Assembly: GCF_000007185.1 (NCBI RefSeq) | Contig: NC_003551.1 | Location: 930,001-962,000, forward strand | Direction of reading: 5' to 3' | DNA from: Methanopyrus kandleri AV19 | GTDB taxonomy: Archaea > JAADCQ01 > Methanopyri > Methanopyrales > Methanopyraceae | Length of the DNA stretch: 32,000 nt | In this document: positions 24,652 through 31,246 of the stretch, one piece after another | Layout of the letters: each line of letters opens with the position of its first letter | Numbering within the stretch: position 1 is the first letter of the stretch | Position numbers and translations under genes: made by a program | The notes under the pieces: generated by a model | Databases searched by the model: none | Told to the model about the DNA's origin: nothing | Seen by the model: the letters and a program-made list of their open reading frames with translations, nothing else

Positions 24652-24679
24652 TAACCCAGTCGGGTTAGGACCCGGGCTC

Positions 24680-24755
24680 GGGCCGGCAGCTCAGTCTGGA
24701 CAGAGCGCGGGCCTTCGGAGCCCCGTGGTCCCGGGTTCAAATCCCGGCCGGCCCA
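24680..24755 (+). tRNA. tRNA-Arg (anticodon TCG at 24715-24717), no encoded CCA, C at position 8
   Basis: Manual cloverleaf. Acceptor stem GGGCCGG/CCGGCCC with discriminator A. D stem GCTC/GAGC with AGTCTGGACA loop. Anticodon stem CGGGC/GCCCC (27-43 is C-C) with loop CTTCGGA. Variable region of 6 nt, GTGGTC. T arm CCGGG-TTCAAAT-CCCGG. Confidence 0.9.
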
Positions 24756-24798
24756 CACGCGTTATCGTTATGGTATCCGTAACAATGGGGTTCTCGAA

Positions 24799-24966
24799 TT
24801 GGACGATGAACTCCGGAAGCTCGCAGAAGCGGGCCCCTTCGAGGTCACGATCGCGAAGCTGGAGGAAATACTGACGCGCCTCGACCGTCTTGAAGCGAAG
24901 ATCGACGAGGCTCTCGCGCGTATCGAAAGGCTGGAACGGGAGCTGAGGGAGGATGAGCGTGGATGA
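24799..24966 (+). CDS. Candidate small coiled-coil protein (55 aa), not in the ORF track
   Basis: TTG 24799 to TGA 24964-24966 reads (M)DDELRKLAEAGPFEVTIAKLEEILTRLDRLEAKIDEALARIERLERELREDERG. Codon pattern is GC3-rich like neighbouring genes. It overlaps the next gene's start by 14 nt. The competing minus-strand ORFs run through the tRNA. Confidence 0.45.
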   Translation: MDDELRKLAEAGPFEVTIAKLEEILTRLDRLEAKIDEALARIERLERELREDERG

Positions 24967-26260
24967 GCTTCCATTCGACAGCGTTGCCGTCATCGGGCTG
25001 GGAGTGGAGGGACGTACCTGCGCGGCGAGGTTGGCGGAACTGGGACTCAAGGTCTACGCCTCCGACATCAGGGAAGACGTCGACGTCTCATCGCTCGAGA
25101 GGCTTCCCAACGTCGAGGTAGAGCTCGGTCATCACGACATCGACAGAATCCGCGAGTGCGACACCGTGTATTTCTCGCCCAGCATACCGAACGACGCGGA
25201 GATAGTCCGCGAAGTCCGCAACATCGGGGTTCCACCACTTGAGGATCTCCTCACATGGCCAGATTCTTCGAAATTCGTCGTGGTCAGCGGAACCAACGGT
25301 AAAACCACGACGGTTCATATGATCGATCACCTACTCGACAAACTCGGTATCGATCGAAAGATCGGTGGGAACGCCGGAGGGGGTTTCGACGGGTACGCTA
25401 CCCTCTACGTGCGAGCCGAGTTGGCGCGTCCGGAGGTCGTAGTCTGTGAGGTGTGTGACATGACGCTGGACTATTTCTCCGACCGAGCTCCACGGTACGA
25501 TGTCGCGGTCTTCCTGAACCTGGGTTTGGATCACCTGGACTACCACGGTTCGATCGAGAGGTATGCGGCCCGAGCAGCCCGTTTCTGCGATCGGGCCCGA
25601 GAGACGGCGATCGTCAAGTGTGACGGGGAGGAACGGAAGGTAGTCGAAAGGATGGAGAGTACTCCCAGGTGTTATGATGAGTTGGACGTGGAAGTCGATA
25701 TACCGCTCCGAGGGGAGTTCTACAGGCTGGATGCCAAGGCCGCGCTGCTGGCCGTCGCCGAGATAACCAGCGAACCTCCCGAGGAGCTGGCCCCGTTACT
25801 CTCGGACTTCACCAGTGTTCCCGGACGCATTAAGGAGTACAAGCTAGGTGAAGGCCGGCTGGTCATCGGAAAGACCGACAACCTCTCCGCCCTGAAGGTC
25901 GTCTTAAGGGACTACGGACCCCTGGACGTCGTCTTCTGGGGGACTCCGAGGCCGGGCGAAGATTACCGAATCGAGGGAATCGGCCGGACCCTCCGGGAGG
26001 CGGGGGTAGAACGCGTCTACGTGTTTCCCGGCCTGTCGGAGGAGACCGTGGACGACGTGATCGAGGAGCTCACGAGCTCCGGAATTGAGGCGTCTCCGGT
26101 AGAGCCTTCCGAGGTCGCCTCGAAGGCTCTGGAGCTGGCGCGGCGTGGTCGGGATGTGGGAGTGCTAGGAAACGGGCAGGATGTTATAATCTCAATACAA
26201 CATGACGTCGAGCGTGCGGTACGCTTTTTGACCGCTGGATCGGAGCGATCTCGGGGATGA
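24953..26260 (+). CDS. Mur-ligase-family enzyme, MurD-like (probable pseudomurein peptide ligase)
   Basis: N-terminal Rossmann segment VAVIGLGVEGRTCAARLAELGLKVYASD. P-loop VSGTNGKTTT. Also NLGLDHLDYHGSIERY, VPGRIKEY and GKTDNLSA, which parallel MurD motifs. Confidence 0.8.
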   Translation: MSVDELPFDSVAVIGLGVEGRTCAARLAELGLKVYASDIREDVDVSSLERLPNVEVELGHHDIDRIRECDTVYFSPSIPNDAEIVREVRNIGVPPLEDLLTWPDSSKFVVVSGTNGKTTTVHMIDHLLDKLGIDRKIGGNAGGGFDGYATLYVRAELARPEVVVCEVCDMTLDYFSDRAPRYDVAVFLNLGLDHLDYHGSIERYAARAARFCDRARETAIVKCDGEERKVVERMESTPRCYDELDVEVDIPLRGEFYRLDAKAALLAVAEITSEPPEELAPLLSDFTSVPGRIKEYKLGEGRLVIGKTDNLSALKVVLRDYGPLDVVFWGTPRPGEDYRIEGIGRTLREAGVERVYVFPGLSEETVDDVIEELTSSGIEASPVEPSEVASKALELARRGRDVGVLGNGQDVIISIQHDVERAVRFLTAGSERSRG

Positions 26261-26266
26261 GCCGGG

Positions 26267-27001
26267 ATGGAGGTTGAATTCATACGCTTGGCGGACGAGA
26301 TCCCGGAGTGTGAGTTCTTGATTGAGGGATACCCAGGTATAGGGATGGTGGGCGTAATCGCCATCCGCCACGTGGTGACGGAGTGCGGGGCCGAACCGGC
26401 CTTCGTGATGAAGATCGAGGACATGCCGACGGCGGCGATCGTGCACGAGGGTCGTGTGTACCCGTCAGCCGGAGTTTTCGTGCTAGACGACCTATCATTC
26501 TTCTACGCGGAGCAGGCCGATATGCGTCCCGGAGTCGTTCAGAATATCTCGGAGTCCGTAGCCGAGTTGTCCCGGGAGATAGGCGTGGAGTGCATCGTGT
26601 GTCTAGCGGGTATCAGAGCGCCTGACCTCGAGGATGAGCCCTCGCTGTACTACGCCGCCACCTCGGATAAAGCCGCCGAGCTTTTCGAGGGTATCGCGGA
26701 GCCACTCAAGGGGGGCACGATCACGGGGGTCAGCGGTCCGTTGCTCCTAGAGGGTAGCTTGCGCGGTTTGGATGCAGTCTGCTTACTCGTCGAGACTCCC
26801 GGTACGTATCCTGACCCTAAAGCGGCATCGCGGGTCGTAGAGGCCCTCAACGAGGCGTTGGGTCTCAGTGTGGACGTGTCGAAGCTCGAGGAGGAGGCGG
26901 AGCGCATCGCCAAGGCTGTTGAGGAGACCGTACAGCGTCTCCGGGAACAGCAACGGATGGAGGAAGAAGAGGCAGAACCGACGGAGAGGATGTTCGTGTA
27001 G
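26267..27001 (+). CDS. PAC2-family protein (archaeal proteasome-assembly-chaperone PbaB-like; old COG1938)
   Basis: FLIEGYPGIGMVGVIAIRHVV matches the PAC2 N-terminal GFPG.G.VG signature. It has a C-terminal coiled Glu-rich tail ending in MFV (HbYX-like, with Phe in place of Tyr). Confidence 0.65.
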   Translation: MEVEFIRLADEIPECEFLIEGYPGIGMVGVIAIRHVVTECGAEPAFVMKIEDMPTAAIVHEGRVYPSAGVFVLDDLSFFYAEQADMRPGVVQNISESVAELSREIGVECIVCLAGIRAPDLEDEPSLYYAATSDKAAELFEGIAEPLKGGTITGVSGPLLLEGSLRGLDAVCLLVETPGTYPDPKAASRVVEALNEALGLSVDVSKLEEEAERIAKAVEETVQRLREQQRMEEEEAEPTERMFV

Positions 27002-27062
27002 CAGGCTGATACCTCCTCGCACCTTGAAGGCGGGGGTCCTACCTAAGGGGTTGTGAATCGGC

Positions 27063-27452
27063 TTGAAAATGCTCGCAATCACCGGGGTGAGCTTCCGAGT
27101 CGTCGAGCAACTCCTCACACAAGGGTCTACTCAGATAATAGTACGTAGCGGTAACAACCTCGACGCAGTCGTCCGCCTCCAGCCTGGTGATCTGGTCTTC
27201 GTGACCACCGTCGGCAAGCGAGAGCTCAAGAAGGGCGTCAGTGGTGTTGTAGCCACAGTGCGCTCCGTCAGCGTGGTCCACGAGCACGTCGTAACCGGGG
27301 GCGACGAGCACTTCGAGCGGGAATTCGTGGCGGCCAGACTCATCCTGAATCGGGTCGGGTCCGGTCGTGTTAGGGAGTACAAAGACTGCGGTGTGGGTCG
27401 TCGCGTGGAAGTCGACGTAGAAATGGAGTCGGCGGTTTCGGAGGCCTACTGA
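27063..27452 (+). CDS. Small hypothetical protein, possibly ASCH/PUA-like beta-barrel
   Basis: ORF with TTG 27063 or ATG 27069. It is co-directional and tightly spaced with its neighbours. FRVVEQLLTQGSTQIIVRSG......LQPGDLVFV resembles the ASCH pattern. A codon-aligned antisense ORF exists but lacks a start for its 5' half. Confidence 0.45.
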   Translation: MKMLAITGVSFRVVEQLLTQGSTQIIVRSGNNLDAVVRLQPGDLVFVTTVGKRELKKGVSGVVATVRSVSVVHEHVVTGGDEHFEREFVAARLILNRVGSGRVREYKDCGVGRRVEVDVEMESAVSEAY

Positions 27453-27466
27453 AGGGGTGGAGTGGG

Positions 27467-28237
27467 ATCAGAAGGATCGCCGCCGGGATCCTAGTACTCC
27501 TGCCCCTGGCCCTCGTCTCCGCGTACGCGGTCTACCACGACTACGTCGAGGCCGAGAGGTACGTGAACGCTGTCCGCGCCCGTATGGGTTGGTCTCCACT
27601 ACCACCCCAACTCCTTCCCTACTGCGATCGGTTCGACTTGGTCGCGTACCAGCAGGGAGGTCTCGTAGCCTTCAAGCTCTTCGTCTACCCTCCCTTAACC
27701 GCGGTACCACCGGTCCTCCCCCAGATAAAGCCGGGTGAGGACGAGCTCAGTGTCGTCCGCACCCTGGCGTTGTTCGTGTCCGACACCATGCAATACGATG
27801 TCGGGGCGGAACCTCCGGAGTACGTACCTCCCGTGCTCCGACGCGCCTTCGCGGAGCTGGAGCTGAGGGGCAGATGGCGTGGGGCCTGTGGAACCGCCTC
27901 GTACATGTTCTCCTACCTATGCCGTCTCTATGGGATCCCGACCCGCCTCGTACTGATAGAACCCACGGATACGGGGACCGTGGTTTCGGGAACGGGACGG
28001 GAGCGTGAGAGGTTCGTACTCCACGCGCAGGTTCAGGTCTGGGTTCACGGTCGCTGGATGACCGTGGACCCTTCGGTTGGGTTAGTGGGGACCTCGGACC
28101 GGCCTGTGCAGGGGCACCGAGTACGTCCCGACGGCACTGAGCTCTACACACCTGGGGTCAAGAGCTACACGGTCTGTACCCAAGGACCTTTGGTCTTCTG
28201 GGATACGCTCACCGGGCTGGTGGAGTTGATAGTCTAG
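27467..28237 (+). CDS. Membrane-anchored transglutaminase-like (Cys-His-Asp) enzyme. The canonical ORF starts only at GTG 27563, but the in-frame upstream codons encode the membrane anchor.
   Basis: Core motifs: WRGACGTASYMFSYLCRLYGIPTRLV (Cys nucleophile), LHAQVQVWVHGRWMTVDPS (His and Asp). In-frame codons 27467-27562 read IRRIAAGILVLLPLALVSAYAVYHDYVEAERY (signal anchor), with no ATG/GTG/TTG after the stop at 27371. Confidence 0.7.
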   Translation: MRRIAAGILVLLPLALVSAYAVYHDYVEAERYVNAVRARMGWSPLPPQLLPYCDRFDLVAYQQGGLVAFKLFVYPPLTAVPPVLPQIKPGEDELSVVRTLALFVSDTMQYDVGAEPPEYVPPVLRRAFAELELRGRWRGACGTASYMFSYLCRLYGIPTRLVLIEPTDTGTVVSGTGRERERFVLHAQVQVWVHGRWMTVDPSVGLVGTSDRPVQGHRVRPDGTELYTPGVKSYTVCTQGPLVFWDTLTGLVELIV

Positions 28238-30126
28238 TGCTTCTGCAGTACTTCCTCGTAGATCCTCCGAACCTTCTCGATCGTGTCCGCGTCTTCCGGA
28301 CCCAGATCGTCGCGCACGCGCACCAGTCTCGGGAACCGAAGGGCGAATCCGGACGAGTACTTCGGGCTCTTCTGGATATCCTCGAACTCCACCTCGAAAA
28401 CCACCTCAGGCTTGAACCTAACCTCACGTCCCGACTCCTCCACTATCAAGTCCTCGAACATCTTGGTCAATCGCTCGAGTGTCTCGTCGTCCATGCCCGT
28501 TCCGACCTTACCCACCTCAAGCAGGTTCTCCTTGTTCTCGTCCCAGACGGCCAGCAGGTAGGAACCGATGAGTCCCTTCCGCTTGCCCTTACCCCAAATA
28601 CCGCCGATGACCACACAATCCAGCGTCTCGAGTACCGGCTTGACCTTCAGCATCTTCTTGCCGCGGACGCCCGGAGTGTAGTTCGCGTCCAGGTCCTTCA
28701 CCATGACCCCTTCGTGGCCCATCTCTAGGGCTCGATGGAACATCTCGGCAGCCTCCTTGGGATCGTCCGTGATCACCTGCTCGACGAGCATCACCTCTCC
28801 CTCGCGCTCGCGCACTATCTCCTCGAGTCGACGTCGACGCTCTCGGAACGGGGTGTCGACCAACGACTCGCCGTCCACGTACAAGCAGTCGAAGAGGTGC
28901 AGCTCCACCGGGATCTCCTTGCGCACCTCCTCGATATCGTACTTCCGCTTGATCCTATGGAGCAGCTCCTGGAACGGTCTCGGTTTGCCCGTCTCGGGGT
29001 TGATGGCCACGGCCTCGCCCTCCAGGATGAACTCGTCCGCGTCCACGCAGTCCTTCACGGCCTCCACGATATCGGGGAGCGCGTGGGTCACGTCCTCGAT
29101 CCTCCTGGTGTACACGCGCACTTCCTCTCCGTCCGAGTGTACCTGCACGCGGGCGCCGTCCAGCTTGATCTCCACCGCGCCCTTCCCTCCGACCTCGGCG
29201 AGCGCCTCCTTCACGTTCCTCGCTGCTTGCGCCAGCATCGGCTTGATCGGTCGCATGGGTCTCAGGTCGATCTCGCGGAGACCTTCCTCGCCCTTCGTCA
29301 TCGCCACTTTGGCCACCAGTCCTAGGTCGTTCGACAGCATGTGGGCCCTCTCGACCAACTTCCTGCTCACACCGAAGGCCTGGGCGATGGCCTCCTCCAC
29401 GGTGCTCTCCCGTACGCCCGTCCGCAGCTCACTCAGCGCCTGCCGAACCAGGTAGCGGGCCTCCTTCGGCTTCGCCCTGGCGAGCAACCCCATCATCAGC
29501 CTCATCTTCCGCTTGACGGCTCCCTCACCCTCGACTTCCGCTATCTTCTCGAAGGTTTCCCTGACTTCGCCCACCATGAGGGGTCGCGAATCGAGCAGCG
29601 TCGACGTCTTCCGACGCTTCAGCAGCTCCTCGGCGGTGAGTCCGAGATCGCCGAGCCGCTTGAACAGCTCCGTGACCTCGGAGTCGGTAGACCCCGTGGC
29701 AGTCGCGATCACCTTCCGCATCAGCTTGGACCCGATGCCGAGGTCCCTCGGATCCCATCCGGGGAACACCTGATTGGCCAGGAACAGTGCGACGGTGTCG
29801 ACGACGTCCTCCGGACACTGCCGTAGGAACTGGGCGATCAGGCTTATCTTGGCCTTCCTGGAACTGATCCGCTCCAGCCTCTCGAAGGCCTCCGCCAGGG
29901 ACGAGTAGTACACGTCGTCGTCCGTCGTTTTGACCTTGAACTCGGCTCCACTGGGACCGACCGCTTTGGTGGGCTCCCTCTCCCGCTCCTCCTTACGAGC
30001 TCTCTTACGCTCCTCCGCCTCTTCCTCCTCCCTCTTCTCCTTCTTCCTACCTTTCTTCCTGGGAGGAGAGGATATGAAGAAGTCGAGTTTCCTGGATTTG
30101 GGGACGGGTCGAGTCACGTTCACCAC
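28234..30126 (-). CDS. lig: ATP-dependent DNA ligase (Lig1 family) with about 71-aa Lys/Glu/Arg-rich N-terminal extension
   Basis: Adenylation motif AVEIKLDGARVQVH (KxDG). Also EGEAVA, EGVMVK, LKVK and LRFPRLVRVRDDK-like C-terminal OB motifs. GTG 30126 is the ORF start, and an internal GTG at 29913 would give a canonical 559-aa ligase. Confidence 0.92.
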   Translation of the reverse strand: MVNVTRPVPKSRKLDFFISSPPRKKGRKKEKREEEEAEERKRARKEEREREPTKAVGPSGAEFKVKTTDDDVYYSSLAEAFERLERISSRKAKISLIAQFLRQCPEDVVDTVALFLANQVFPGWDPRDLGIGSKLMRKVIATATGSTDSEVTELFKRLGDLGLTAEELLKRRKTSTLLDSRPLMVGEVRETFEKIAEVEGEGAVKRKMRLMMGLLARAKPKEARYLVRQALSELRTGVRESTVEEAIAQAFGVSRKLVERAHMLSNDLGLVAKVAMTKGEEGLREIDLRPMRPIKPMLAQAARNVKEALAEVGGKGAVEIKLDGARVQVHSDGEEVRVYTRRIEDVTHALPDIVEAVKDCVDADEFILEGEAVAINPETGKPRPFQELLHRIKRKYDIEEVRKEIPVELHLFDCLYVDGESLVDTPFRERRRRLEEIVREREGEVMLVEQVITDDPKEAAEMFHRALEMGHEGVMVKDLDANYTPGVRGKKMLKVKPVLETLDCVVIGGIWGKGKRKGLIGSYLLAVWDENKENLLEVGKVGTGMDDETLERLTKMFEDLIVEESGREVRFKPEVVFEVEFEDIQKSPKYSSGFALRFPRLVRVRDDLGPEDADTIEKVRRIYEEVLQKH

Positions 30127-30188
30127 CCCTACTGACGGGTGTTCGCCCCTTTAGGAATTACCCGTTTTCGCTGCGGAGGTAGCCAGAC

Positions 30189-31070
30189 ATGGTGATGGTG
30201 GAGAGGGTGGTACAGGCCCTTCCGGAGATGGAACCCGAGGATTTCAAGGTCCTACGAGCCCTCGAGCTGGAGATGCGCAGGCACGATTGGGTCCCGTTCG
30301 ATCGACTGCTCGAACGCACCGGTCTCGACGAGAAGGAGCTAGGCTACCGTCTGTCCAGACTCGATCGTTGGGATATGGTCGTCCGAACGCGACGGCAAAC
30401 GGTCGGGTATCTAGGTTACCAACTGCGTCCCGAAGGGTACGACGCCCTCGCCCTCCGGGCGCTCGTGGACCAAGGCGTGTTGGAAGGACTCGGCCCGGAG
30501 ATCGGGGTGGGAAAAGAAGCTGACGTGTACTTGGGCATCTCCCCCAAGGGCGCGCAGCTGGCCGTCAAGTTCAATCGAATCGGTCGTACCAGTTACACTA
30601 AGATCAAACGGTACCGTGAGTACGTGAAGGATAAGCGTCACATCTCGTGGCTTTACGTTAATAGACTCACGGCCGAGCGTGAGTTCGAGGCGCTTTTACA
30701 CCTGTACCCTGAGGGCGTTTCCGTCCCCAGGCCCGTCGCTCAGAACAGACACGTACTCGTGATGGAACGCTTCGAGGGACGGGAACTCGCGGAAACTCGG
30801 GTGGAAAACCCCGAGGCGGTCTTGAACCGGGTGCTCGAGGAGTACGAACACGCCCTCGAGGTCGGCGTGGTTCACGGGGACCTGAGTCAGTTCAACATAG
30901 TCGTCGAGGGCGACGACGTGCTGCTCATCGACTGGGCGCACTGGGTCGAGGTATCCCACCCCTCGGCCCGTGAGCTCGTCGAACGCGACGTACGGAACGT
31001 ATGCGACTACTTCCGCCGGAAATACGGCGTTCACAGGCATCCGCGGGAGTTCTTCGAGAATTCCGGATGA
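30189..31070 (+). CDS. rio2: RIO-type serine protein kinase, Rio2 class (N-terminal winged helix)
   Basis: N-terminal wHTH (FKVLRALELEMRRHDWVP...LSRL). GVGKEADVY glycine loop, AVKFNRIGRTS, catalytic VHGDLSQFNIVV and metal-binding LIDW. GGAGGT SD lies 9 nt upstream of ATG 30189. Confidence 0.9.
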   Translation: MVMVERVVQALPEMEPEDFKVLRALELEMRRHDWVPFDRLLERTGLDEKELGYRLSRLDRWDMVVRTRRQTVGYLGYQLRPEGYDALALRALVDQGVLEGLGPEIGVGKEADVYLGISPKGAQLAVKFNRIGRTSYTKIKRYREYVKDKRHISWLYVNRLTAEREFEALLHLYPEGVSVPRPVAQNRHVLVMERFEGRELAETRVENPEAVLNRVLEEYEHALEVGVVHGDLSQFNIVVEGDDVLLIDWAHWVEVSHPSARELVERDVRNVCDYFRRKYGVHRHPREFFENSG

Positions 31071-31246
31071 GGAGGCTTACGGGGATCGAGGCGCGCCGAT
31101 GAGAGGGTGGCCCGTTACCGACGGGCCATTACACGTCGCGATGGGGGATAACGTTCCCCGATGAATTCGACAGGGTACAACACCCGGGCCACTCTCGCAA
31201 CCGTAAAAAGAGCTAGCCTGGGAAGCTCCGCCGGGGGCTCGCGCTC

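Noticed and set aside
24576-25050. Minus-strand ORFs 24576-24758, 24691-25050 and 24768-24974
   Set aside because: They run antisense through the tRNA-Arg gene and the small plus-strand coiled-coil ORF. They have Ser/Arg/Pro-rich junk composition.
27039-27467. Minus-strand ORF antisense to 27063-27452, with a protein-like translation (LHFYVDFHATTHTAVFVL...VDHADGAHCGYNTTDALL...)
   Set aside because: It is the exact codon-aligned mirror of the plus ORF, and RNY-type codons stay open when mirrored. It has no start codon for its upstream half and breaks the co-directional operon. The plus ORF has a proper start, stop and spacing. The call remains only moderately confident.
27457-27738. 93-aa ORF MEWDQKDRRRDPSTPAPGPRLRVRG...
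   Set aside because: It is Arg/Pro-rich junk overlapping the in-frame membrane anchor and the transglutaminase-like core. At most its first few codons could be used, if a +1 shift occurs.
28237-29826. Plus-strand ORFs 28237-28728, 28283-28561, 28703-29455, 28735-29325, 29341-29826, 29513-29773
   Set aside because: All are antisense or off-frame shadows of the DNA ligase gene, whose motifs (KxDG and others) are unambiguous on the minus strand.
31071-31246. 176-nt spacer checked for a C/D-box sRNA (CGAUGAGA at about 31088, CGAUGAAU at about 31160) and hairpins (GGCCCG-ttaccga-CGGGCC at about 31099-31117)
   Set aside because: The C-box matches are imperfect and no CUGA D or D' boxes occur at the required spacing. 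The hairpin alone is insufficient to call an RNA gene. Other UGAUGA matches in the window (for example about 4313, 10434, 25675) lie inside CDSs and also lack D boxes.
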